NCBI GenBank assembly: GCA_977017575.1
Contig: CDRNVI010000194.1
Coordinates: forward strand, 3,742 to 67,741
Length of the DNA stretch: 64,000 nucleotides
Source of the DNA: Paramoeba atlantica
Taxonomy: Eukaryota; Protista; Discosea
Reading direction: 5' to 3'
This document shows positions 13,128-23,823 of the stretch, one piece after another (positions within the stretch are counted from its first letter, which is position 1; every line of letters starts with the position of its first letter). Both the position numbers and the translations under genes were made by a program. Under the pieces are notes generated by a model that was not told where the DNA came from, did no database searches, and worked only from the letters and a program-made list of their open reading frames with translations.

Positions 13128-14687
13128 AATTGAACTGGAGGGAGGTTTATGGTGGAATAATCTTTTGTGTTATCAACTCCACAAATATCTTCCTTCTAAG
13201 AATGGTGCATGTTTTAAACAAAATTTTTGAGTGGAATCTCAAAGGCAAACAATAGCAAAAAGCTAATAAAAAAATTTTACACTTAGTTGCATTTTGCTTT
13301 TCATTCATAAGATGGAAAGAAAAACAATCAAAGAAATGTAAAAACCTCTTGGCTGGAACATATTACCTCTTGATTGGGACATATTACCTCTTGGCTGAGA
13401 CATATTACCTCAACATAAGTTGCTTTCTCCAGTTTCTTCCATTTTGAAAACATTTTTTTGATTTTCTAAAAAGGTGTTTCAGTTTGAAAAGAAAGGAAAA
13501 AAGAGAAAGAGAGAGAGAAGGGAGAAATTGAAAAAAAAAAGAAACCTCAAAAGCAGAAACTTCACAACCCCCAAGAGAGTCATAAAATAACAATTCATTC
13601 AACTAAAAACAAAAAAAAAACAAACCAACCAGGAAAAAAAAAAAGAACAAAAAAACCAAGAAGGGGAATGTAAATGTGAACAGAAAAAGCAAAAAAAAAA
13701 ACAAGGCTCTATCACACAAAAATATTATAATTTTTTTCTTGCTGTCTTTTTTTGAAAAGAAAAAAATGAAAAGACTTGATACCTTACTTAGGGGAGGAGT
13801 GCATTTTTTTTTATTTTTTCTGTTTAGTTCTGTTCTTTCAGTTTTTCTTTTGTTTTTGTTTGTTTGTTCTTTTGTTTGATTGTTTTTTTTTGGTTTCTCT
13901 TTTGTTTTGTTTTTGTTTATGTGTTTGCTTTTGTTTGTTTGTTCTTTTGTTTGATTGTTTTTTTTTTGTTTCTCTTTTGTTTTGTTTTTGTTTGTGTGTG
14001 TTTGCTTTTGTGTTTTTTTGTTTTGTTTTTTGTTTTATTTTTTCTTTCAATTCCTTGATGTGTTTGTTTTGAAAGGATGATTGCTAGACAGTGAATTTGA
14101 GAGGATTGATTGAGATTTTTTTTGGGTTGGTACACACTTTTCAGGCAACCACTGTTTCTTTTTCTTCAAGTGCAAGGATGCAAACTATTGTTCTGTTAAT
14201 TGTTTATTATCTGATGAACCATAGAACCAACTTTCTCCTCTTCATCTCCTTCTAAACAAGATTCTATCACCTTTTCCCATTTGTTCTGCAGAAAAAAATG
14301 ATAGGTATGAAGATCTCTTAAGTGGCATTCATCAATTCAAAATATTGAATTTTCTTCCTCTTTATTTTTGTTTTTTTAATCAAAATAAAAAATTTATTTT
14401 TTTTGAAATTTTTTGAATTTTTTGAATTTTTTCATTTTGAAATGAAAAAACTCTGAGTTTCACCCTCACCCAAAACTCTGGGCCCAGAATTTTTCAAAAA
14501 AAAAAAAAACAGGAAAATTCCTCCCTTTTAGAAACCTTCATTTAGATTCACAGAAGGTTGACTTGGAGGAGACCAAGGGTTGACTTGAAGGAGATTGGGA
14601 ATTGACCTGAAGAAAATCAAGAGTTAGATCAAACGAATAGAGCAGAGAGCCAAGTGTCTTCAGAGTAGCGCACATTGCTCATGTGCA

Positions 14688-15520
14688 CTTTGAGCACCAG
14701 TTTTCCCATTGGTTTTTCACAAAACTGCTGTTTTTGTGTTCCTTTTTATTCTTGTCATGATCACATCTCAACTGTCTTTTCACTGCCCTCACATTCTCTC
14801 TCTTGAGCAAATGTTCACCTTGTTTGTTTCCTTGAATAAATCTACATTTTCAATTTGATCTTTGGTTTGGCTTTGCTTTTGTTTTGTCTGTTTCTCCTGA
14901 GATCCAGTTGATCTGACATATGTGATTGTAGAGGATCTTAAGAATGGAAGTTACCAGATTCAAGAACTCAAACAAGAGAAGAATTCAGAAATCCAAAATG
15001 TTCAGAACTTAAAGAAACTCCATGTTCAGTACGAGATTACTTTACATCCTGAATCAAATGAAATATCTATTGTTAATTCAGAGCCAGCACCTGAAGAGAT
15101 TGTTGAAAATGATAATGGTTATGATTTTGAAGTGAAGGAAATCCTTAAGCATAAGTATTCAAATGGAAAACTTTATTATTGAGTGCATTTCAAACACTAC
15201 TGAAAGGCTGATGCTGAATGGATCTATGTTTCACAAATTGATGCTTCAGAACAAATCAAAAGGTATCATCAGAAACACCCTTTGAATCCACCTCCTTCTA
15301 AATCATCTTCCTCTAAGTCATCATCTTCCAAATCACTGACTTTCAAGTCACCCAAGAAGTCTTCTTCCTCTTTCTCTAAGTCATTGAAAACCTCCAAACC
15401 ATCAACCTCTAAATTGATCAAGAAGTCTTCTTCCTCTTCCAAGTCCTCAAGCTCTTCAAGCTCTTCAAGCTCTTCTTTGAGCACCTCTGTTTCTCCTAAA
15501 CAAAGGACTTCTCAGGCACA
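14688..15520 (+). mobile_element. Gypsy-A copy 4: internally deleted fragment (5' UTR joined to integrase C-terminus/chromodomain/Ser-rich tail)
   Basis: ctttgagcaccagttttcccattgg matches the 5' UTR of copies 1/2; 14920-15520 matches the EDLKNGSY...chromodomain...SPK region; ends at acttctcaggc just before the PPT. Confidence 0.85.
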
Positions 15521-16108
15521 CACAGGGGTGAGCTCAAGCAGCACTTGCAATCGTGGCATTTTTTGGGGTTGAAGTGTGCACATGAGCAATGTGCGCTACT
15601 CTGAAGACACTTGGCTCTCTGCTCTATTCGTTTGATCCGACTCTTGATCTTCTCCAAGTCAATTTCCAATCTCCTTCAAGTCAACCCTTGGTCTCCTCCA
15701 AGTCGACCTTCTGTGAATCTAAATAAAGAACACCATTGATGATGTCATCAGGAAGTTTCTCACTTTTTTGTGAGACTTCTGAGGACCGCTCTTCAGTTGT
15801 CCATTCAACATATTTCTGACACACCTCCTTTAGTCTGTACCAAAGTAGATGTGTTCATTGGTGATGCCGGTTTTGATTTTTGGAACTCACGCTCACTTTC
15901 GATATCGAGATTGAACATTTGTTCTTTGAATTGAAACAACAACAGTGCCTTGTTTTCGTGAACAAACATTCTGGTGAGGTTTTCTCCTAGAGGCCAGGTT
16001 TCCTCACAACAACTGATCTTCTACTTTCGATCGTTTATCTTCTTTTTGAGTCAGCTATTTTTCCACCAATTGGTTTTTTGAGCAAGTAACTTTTCTTTTT
16101 TTTTAACT

Positions 16109-19100
16109 TTGAGCACCAGTTTTCCCATTGGGTTTTTTTACTGCTCTGAGCCCATTGTATTGTATTCTTTGATTTCATCTAGTTGCTCAACTGAATTCAA
16201 AGAACCTCTGAGTCAGTCCAACACTCATGTTCAAGAACCTCTGAAACACTCTGATGTTCATGTTCAGGCTGATCCATCATCCCATACCAACCTTCCTTCA
16301 GATCATGTGATCAATGTTCTTCCAAATTTAGTAATCAATGTGGAAAGCTGGGATATTAGTTGTGCATTTGAAGTTGTGTCTCAGGCGGGTGGATTAGCAA
16401 CTACTGCTTGTATAGACATGAGATTTGGTATCAATGCGATCAGTCATCAGCAACTTTCATGTCCTGGATTTGAGATCCTGAACTGATGGCAAGCTGACAA
16501 GCTTCAAGTCAAAGTGGGAAACTCAACCGAAGTTGCGATTAATGAAGAGATTCACACCGTGGTCAAGTCGGAAAGAGGTTTTCCCAAGGACTCTGGTTCT
16601 TCATTATTGATGACCTTCCTGTTCAAACATTGATTGGCTTCAGTGCCATGAAACGATGTCGCCTAGGTCTCAGTGATGGTCATTTAACGTGGAAAGGTCG
16701 GAGATGCATCCAGGCAAATTCAGCACAGCTCAACATCACCCTTCCTCAGATCACAGATCCAGATTTCTATGTCGACATAGAGAGGCGAGATAAGACCTTA
16801 GTACTCTTGGCTGAGACAAAGGCAATCCCTCTGAGATCATCAGTGTTCCTTCCACTAACACTGAACAGCCATGCATTGTCACCTGAAGGATTCTTCTTTC
16901 CATCAATTGGATCAGAGAGTTTGTTATTCCTTCCTGGCTTGATTACAATCGAGCAAGGTAAAAAACACAACACACTGAATGTTCTTGTGATGAATCATTC
17001 TGAGACTGAGGTCCAAGTGAAGAAAAATCTCGAAGTTGGAACAGTTTATCAGCTTAATGACCATGATATCAAAAACACTGAGCTTCTTCAACTCTCAAAA
17101 CACTCTTTGATTGAACCCTGTCTTTGAAAATCTGTACTCAAGAAACAACCACCTCATACAAAATCAGTTAATGCAAAGACTGGTGCCAATTATCTCTGTG
17201 CACTTGCTAGACCATGGCTTGAGAAAATGATTGAGGATGAGGATTTATTTCAAAAACCTAAACAGAAGAGACGGAAGTTGCACAATCATCAGAATGGCAA
17301 ATCTGATCGATCCACCAGACACCCTGACCCTGACCTTGATTGTGACTCATCTGTGATACAATTGCTTACTCACATCACCACCCAAAACAAGTCTGCTGCA
17401 CATAAAAAAGATCTGCCTAATAAATTCAAAGAAGCATATGAGAAATTTGGTTTGGATAATGCTGAATTGAATGACAGGCAGAAAATACAATTAGCAGAGA
17501 TGTTGGTTTCTTTCCAAGACTTGTGGGATGATGAGAAGTGAGAAGGTCCAATTACTAGGACCATGGCAATGAGTCATCCAATCAAGGCAGAGGGTCCACT
17601 CTTAAGAGCAAAACCCCGTAGAACCACACCTGTTGAAGACTACATCATATGGAAACATATTGACAAGATGGTGAAAAGGAAAGTGATTAGAAAATCTAAC
17701 TCTCCTTGGGCTGCTCCAATTCTCTTGGCAGACAAGAAGAATGGAAATGTTCAGTTTTGTGTGGATTTCCATCACCTAAATGAAAAAACAAAGAAGGACT
17801 CTTATCCACTACCCCATATGGATGAAATCTTAGCTGCACTTGGCAGTTCTTCTTATTTTTCCTCTATTGACCTGTTTGAGGCTTTCTGGTTGATCCCAAT
17901 CAGAGAAGGAGACATTGAAAAGGCTGCCTTTACCAGCAAATATGGTCTCTGGGAATTTCTCTTGATGCCTTTTGGGTTATGTAACACTCCAGCAATACAA
18001 CAATGGTTTATTGAAACAGTCTTGAGTGGTCTGGTTTGGCAATGTTGTTTTGCCTACATCAATGATATCCTTTGTTACAGCTCAACGTTTGAACAACATC
18101 TGGCTGATCTGGCAAAAATTTTCCAAAGATTGAGGGATAATGATTTGATGCTCCAACCAGCAAAGTGCTTGTTTTGCAAGCTGAATTTTAAAATTCTTGG
18201 ATTTATCACAACAAAGGATGGTTTGAAGCCAAATCCAAAAAAAGTTGAGGCAATCCAGAATTACCCACTTCCAACTACTCCAAAGGAAGTTGAGAGATTT
18301 TTGGGAATGGTTACTTGGTTAAAACAGTTCATCCCTCGTTCATTCAGTTTAACAACACACTTGAGAAAAGCCAAAGTGATGGATCCAAAGAAGTTTTCGC
18401 TATTCCAAGAATCCATCAAGGAGATACATCTCTTAAAGGAGCTCTTAACATCTGAAACCTGTATGGCCCATCCTGACTTCTCAAAAGAATTTTTTTATCC
18501 ATGTTAACACCAGCAAGCTTGATCTTGGAGCAATTCTCACTCAGATGGATCAAGATGGCCACCACCAAGTTATTGAGTATGCTTCTCAAACACTCACAGA
18601 GACACAGCAGAAGTATACTAATCCTCTACAGGAGGGCCTTGGAATCCTGTGGACATTAAACAACTTCAAGTATTACATCCGTGGTCGAAATCCTATTGTG
18701 TTTTGTGATTGCGAATCTCTCAAATCTGTGTTTAAAACGGGTAAACAGAAAGTACTGAACCATGATATGCTGCGTGATTGGGTTGCTCAAATTCTAGAAT
18801 ATCACCCAAAGGTCATTCACAAACCTGGAAAGTTGATGGCAATCCCTGATGCTCTAAGCCACCAATATGTTGGATATCATGATAAGGCCACTTCAAAGGA
18901 TTATGTGACTTGTTGGTTTGAAGAGTTGGTGGATTTGGAACAATCTTCTTCAGGAAAAACCCATATCCTCTTGAGACAAAACGACATTTTGGAAAAAATT
19001 GAATTAATCAGTGAGCCAGAAATTCGTGACATTCCTCCTATTCAATCACTGCCTCTGCCACTTTCCACAGCAAAAGAAAGTTCTGAGAATGTTGAAGTGG

Positions 19101-20905
19101 ATATGGATGACATTGATCGGGTTTTAGTTGAACTTCCTTACCTTGCTCAGGCTCAAAGGAAAGATAAGTTTTGCTCAATGATTATTAATTACTTGATTAA
19201 TGGCCTCTTGCCTAAGAGGAAGCACTATCTTTGGGCACTCCAACGAACTGCTCACAAGTACTGGGTTGATGAATCCGGAATCTTGAGGAAAGTGGATGAA
19301 ACTACAGCTGCTGGTTGTCTCCCACCTGCAATTCTGCCCCAGAGTTTGTGGAATATAGTATTTGACACTTATCATTCAGATCTAATCTCTGGACACCACA
19401 AGTTCAAGTGACTTTATGATGCAATTGCTGTCTCCTATTATTTTCCTGGTATGAGTGCTGCGATCAAAGGTTACTATCACCACTGCTTTAATTGTGTGAT
19501 CAACTTGAAAACAAAGACATTGACATCTGATTTAAACCCTTATATGGCTTCTTATCCTGGAATTTTACTCCACCTGGATTGTACAAAGGGACCAAAAGTC
19601 ACTGTTCATGGGAATTCTTTTATTTTGGCTATCCTTGATAACTTTAGTGGCTATATACGTCTGTATGCAATTCCAGATCCCTCTGCCAAAGCCTCTGCTG
19701 AAGCCTTACTTCAGTATATTTGTGTTAATTCAATGCCTTTGCAGATAGTAACAGATAATGGTTCAAAATTTGCAAATCAAATTTTTGCAGAACTGACCCA
19801 GCTTCTCGGAATGAAACAAACTTTTATTGCCCCCTACAACTCCAAAAGTAATGGCTGTGTTGAATGTTCCCACAAAGTTATAGAATCAATCATTTGCTCA
19901 TTTGTTGATAAATATGCAAACAATTGGGACCTTCTCTTACTTCTTGTGGAATTTGCTTTCAATACTTCTTGTTCCTCCTCAACTGGTTACACACCTTTCT
20001 ATCTTCACTTTGGGAGACATCCAATTATGCCAATCGATTCTCTCTTCAGCTCTGTGAACAAACCAGTGGTACTGATTGATGACTACATCAAGAAGCTACA
20101 AACTGAGAGGGAGGGTGTAATTAATTGGGTCTGAGAGGAGAGAGAGAAAGTGGCTGTGAAACAAAAACAATGATATGACAAAGCAAATGAAGGAACATAC
20201 ACTGTGTTGAAGGTTGGTGATCAAGTGTTGAAGAGAAACAAATCAAAAGGAAAAGAGATTGTGAAGAAGTACAGACCCTATTATTACCAAAAGATTTATG
20301 TGGTTGTGGAGGATCTTAAGAATGGAAGTTACTGGATTCAAGAACTCAAACGAGAGAAGAATTCAGAAATCCAAAATGTTCAGAACTTAAAGAAACTCCA
20401 TGTTCGGTACGAGATTACTCTGCATCCTGAATCAAATGAAATATCTATTGTTAATTCAGAGCCAGCACTCAAAGAGATTGTTGAAGATGATGATGGTTAT
20501 GATTTTGAAGTGAAGGAAATCCTTAAGCATAAGTATTTGAATGGAAAACTTTATTATCGAGTGCATTTCAAACACTACCGAAAGGCTGATGCTGAATGGA
20601 TCCATGTTTCACAAATTGATGCTTCAGAACAAATCAAAAGATATCATCAGAAACACCCTCTGAATCCACCTCCTTCTAAATCATCTTCCTCTAAGTCATC
20701 ATTCTCCAAATCATCAACTTCCAAGTCACCCAAGAAGTCTTCTTCCTCTTCCTCTTCCTCTAAGTCATCGAAAACCTCCAAACCATCAACCTCTAAATCA
20801 ACCAAGAAGCCTTCTTCCTCTTCCAAGTCCTCAAGCTCTTCAAGCTCCTCAGGCTCTTCTTTGAGCACCTCCATTTCTCCTAAACGAAAGACTTCTCAGG
20901 CGGGG
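16109..20905 (+). pseudogene. pol: Fragmented pol of Gypsy-A copy 2 (PR, RT, RH, IN, chromodomain)
   Basis: ORFs 17563-18507 (RT; YINDI from YIDDI), 18545-19411 (RH and IN N-terminus), 19451-20134 (IN core), 20204 onward (chromodomain and S/K tail). Confidence 0.93.
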
Positions 20906-21101
20906 AGAACAAGAATTGCCATATTAAGACTGTTTTATTTGAAGATTTTATGAACTTGATTCAGTGCCAATATTTATACTTAAATCCATCAATGTCACAC
21001 TGAAGGTATCTTCCAAATAAAACAGCATGAAACCATTCAGTATCTTTTTCTTTCTCTTGTTTCTGAAAGTTGTAGAAGAGTTTGCTCACATTTTTCTCAG
21101 G

Positions 21102-22109
21102 ATGGCAGCAACTAAAAAGAAGAGAGGAAAATCATCTCAAGATCAGATGGAATTGATGAAACAGTTACAAAGTTCTCTGTTGGAAGTTACCTATACAATC
21201 ACCGAGTTGAAAAATGCCCAAGAGTCAGAAACTCGCGCGAGAAAAGAGAGAGAAGTGAAAGAAGATGAACAGAGAGAAGAGAGGAAAAGAGAACCTCAAA
21301 TAATACAAGTTATTGAAAAGAGAGACAACCCTGATTTTGAACAAAAATGGGGCAAGACGATTTCAACACTTAACCCTGACACTTTTCTTGACGAGGTCGG
21401 TGGTGGCGAATGCGACCTCCCACATGGCCCTTGGGAGGTAATGTATTCAGACTCAGAAAAGTCTACTATTGAAAAGAAATCGCTCTCGAGGGTCCAAGTC
21501 CCAGTATTGCGAGAGGCTACTTGGGACCTGGTGAAAGCTGACCCTTCACTGAAGGCTAATGCTGAGGCTGCGAAAGTGGCTATGCAGGCCAACAAAGGAA
21601 TCTTCAACACCTGGCTCCATTGTATTGACGAGCTCAAACCTTTGTTTGAAGAAGATTCTGGCAGTGAAGTGAATATTTCGAAGCTTAGAACTCGGATGAA
21701 TTGTCTCTCTACACTGTTATTGATGAATATGTCCAAACATCATACTGCTTTTGTAAACCAGGGGTGCAAAGCTATGAAAACTAATTTGATAACTCATCAG
21801 GAAAAGATTTACGCTGATGCTGAAGGGGAGAGACTGATTGAAGAATTTCATCATAACAAATCCTTGGCTGAAGCAATAGTTACAGGTGTTACAGCCTTTT
21901 CAAAAAGAGGTGCTCGGGGGAATGGCCGAAACCAGAAGCCTTATGGCAGACAAAGACACAACTCCCATGAAACTGGCTATACCCAGAGTCCCCCTTTTCA
22001 GCAGACGGTTACTTTCGATCACAACCAGAGTCGGGGGGGGGTCCCTGGTCAAGGCCAACGGGGGAGGGGCCGAGGCCAGAGGGGTTCCAGGATGCTCTCC
22101 CACAACTAA
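21102..22109 (+). CDS. gag: DIRS ORF1 (gag-like), intact; coiled-coil N-terminus and RGG-like C-terminus
   Basis: Open frame MAATKKKRGK...GQGQRGRGRGQRGSRMLSHN between the left ITR and RT. An upstream in-frame ATG at 21027 lies inside the ITR. Confidence 0.8.
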   Translation: MAATKKKRGKSSQDQMELMKQLQSSLLEVTYTITELKNAQESETRARKEREVKEDEQREERKREPQIIQVIEKRDNPDFEQKWGKTISTLNPDTFLDEVGGGECDLPHGPWEVMYSDSEKSTIEKKSLSRVQVPVLREATWDLVKADPSLKANAEAAKVAMQANKGIFNTWLHCIDELKPLFEEDSGSEVNISKLRTRMNCLSTLLLMNMSKHHTAFVNQGCKAMKTNLITHQEKIYADAEGERLIEEFHHNKSLAEAIVTGVTAFSKRGARGNGRNQKPYGRQRHNSHETGYTQSPPFQQTVTFDHNQSRGGVPGQGQRGRGRGQRGSRMLSHN

Positions 22110-22126
22110 GATTCTCGTCACCTCTC

Positions 22127-23346
22127 TTGAAGGCAGGAAGGATTCAAAAGAAGCGTTTCCTGGGGGTATGGACGAGCATAACAAGAGACAAGTGGATACT
22201 GAAGACCATCCAGCAGGGGGTGAAAATCCAATTATATGCCCAGCCAACTATGCAGCCTGAGCCAAGAGAATGGGATTGGGCCAGTGCAGACAAAAAAGAC
22301 TTCGAATGGTTAGAAATGGCCATCTCATACGACGCTATAGAAAGAGTTCCGCTTGAAAAGCAAGGTCAGTCTGGCGAGGTCATCCACAACCTTGTTTGCA
22401 AAGTGAAAAAGGGCAGGATATGCTCAAATGTCAAGACTCTCAACCTGTTAGTCAAGAAGATGAATCTCAAAATGCCAAGCCTGAAGGATGTCCAAGCTCA
22501 GTTTCAGAAAAACGATTGGATGATAAAACTGGATCTTTCCAAATTCTATTGGGCAACTTTGATCAAAAGCTCTCACAGGAAATTCTTCTGCTTTTGCATC
22601 AACGGGGTCCTTTGGCAATGGAGGGCTCTCCCATTCGAGTTCGTCAACTCAATGCAGATCATGGCAAGGATAATGGCCCCAGTTGTGAACAAACTAGCCT
22701 CCTTCGGTATTCGAGTTGTGAATTGGGTCGACGACTTTGTACTCCTATTGGGCCCCAACAAAGAGACTGCCTTCCAGCAGGCTCAAAAGGTGGTGGACCT
22801 TCTCGCTACACTTGGTTTTATTATAAACCAAGACAAGAGCAGTCATTCTCTCACAAAGTCAGTCCTGTTTCGAGGATTCATTTGGAACACAGTCACCATG
22901 AAAATTGATCTTCCTCTAGAGAAAAAGAAAGATTGGCAAACAGCTGCCAGGACAATCAACCTGAGTCAGACAAGGGCCAGCGATGTAGCGTCTCTGATCG
23001 GGAAAGTTCAATACTCAGCTCAGATATTCACCCACCTGGTAGCCTGGTTGGTGGAACTCCAAATTGCAAACAATCACACAATAAATGCCAACGGCCAAGG
23101 TGCAGTTTATGTCCTTCCAGATGCAGCCAAAGAGGAAGTCTGACATTGGAGAAAAAGAGATCATGTCCTTTTAATGCCAATGAATTTCAATGGACCACTT
23201 GTAGAAACAATGGGAGACACGGGTCCAATTGGCTACGGTTTCGAATGGTTTGAGGTGATTGCAGGCTTATAGACAGTGGAAGAAGCCCAGAGAAGTCCAA
23301 ATTGGAGGGAAATCCACACATGGTCGCTACAGATTTACCAATACCA
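22127..23346 (+). pseudogene. DIRS RT and start of RNase H (interrupted by Gypsy-B)
   Basis: W..IT.D.WIL..IQQG start, KLDLSKFYW, WQWRALPFEF, NWVDDF, FRGFIWNT; premature TGA at 23143. Confidence 0.92.
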
Positions 23347-23823
23347 TGTAAATGGTGGTTTATTTCGGGTTTCGAGAGTTCAAGGAAAGACACTTGGGGA
23401 ATTCAAATGAATTGGAAAAAGTGAGAATGAAAAGGAAGAGGGGTGACGCTTGGTGGGTGACAACCAATTTCGCCAAAATTGCAAGTCATGGAGTCGAGAT
23501 TCTATATAAAGTGATGTATATATTTGAATATTACATATTTGGATATTTTCTTATTTACACTTCCCCCCTTGCAGAAAAAAGACGAGTCTCCTGGCTCGAG
23601 TCAAGAAACGCAAGTTGTTTATCATTCCTCCAAAGATTTGTTCAACGTTTGAGAAGTTGATTCGAAAAGTTAGTTCCTCGCAGTTTGTTTGTAGTGATCA
23701 GGAGATCAAGTTATTTCAAGTGACAAAAAACCTTTTCAAGGGAAAATCCACTTGTGTTCTCTGAGGAAACCTTTTCCAAGGTAAAAAACCTCAGGTTGGT
23801 GGATCTGCCCACCGATAGCTTTT

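Larger units (their letters stand above)
11291..14539. mobile_element. Non-autonomous TIR DNA element, outer copy (1623 bp without the nested copy), TSD ATT
   Basis: Left end gagtgtttctaaaa, right end ttttagaaaccttc; att at 11288-11290 and 14540-14542; removing it restores the Gypsy-A LTR sequence ...tttatttagattcacag. Confidence 0.9.
5822..14687 (-). mobile_element. Gypsy-A chromodomain LTR retrotransposon, copy 1 (degenerate, gag-deleted; 5' LTR interrupted by a DNA element)
   Basis: 3' LTR 5822-6102; 5' LTR 11155-11290 + 14543-14687 (281 bp reassembled); TG...CA ends; PBS tggtgatacc; PPT ggggagag; fragmented PR/RT/RH/IN/chromodomain ORFs 6452-10902 colinear with copy 3; flanks cttc/cttt are an imperfect TSD. 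Confidence 0.95.

Noticed and set aside
11288-14542. Sola superfamily assignment (GRG termini) for the 1623-bp element
   Set aside because: Sola makes 4-bp TSDs; both insertions here match over 3 bp only.
15859-15870. Assigning specific primer tRNAs to the PBSs (tggtgatgccgg; tggcgacacc at 29775-29784)
   Set aside because: Host tRNA sequences are not available; the Gypsy-B PBS is merely compatible with tRNA-Ser.
5822-20905. Gypsy-A copies 1 and 2 as an inverted segmental duplication
   Set aside because: Each copy's two LTRs share private diagnostic bases, the flanks differ, and shared stops are homoplastic (one is shared by copies 1 and 3 but not 2).
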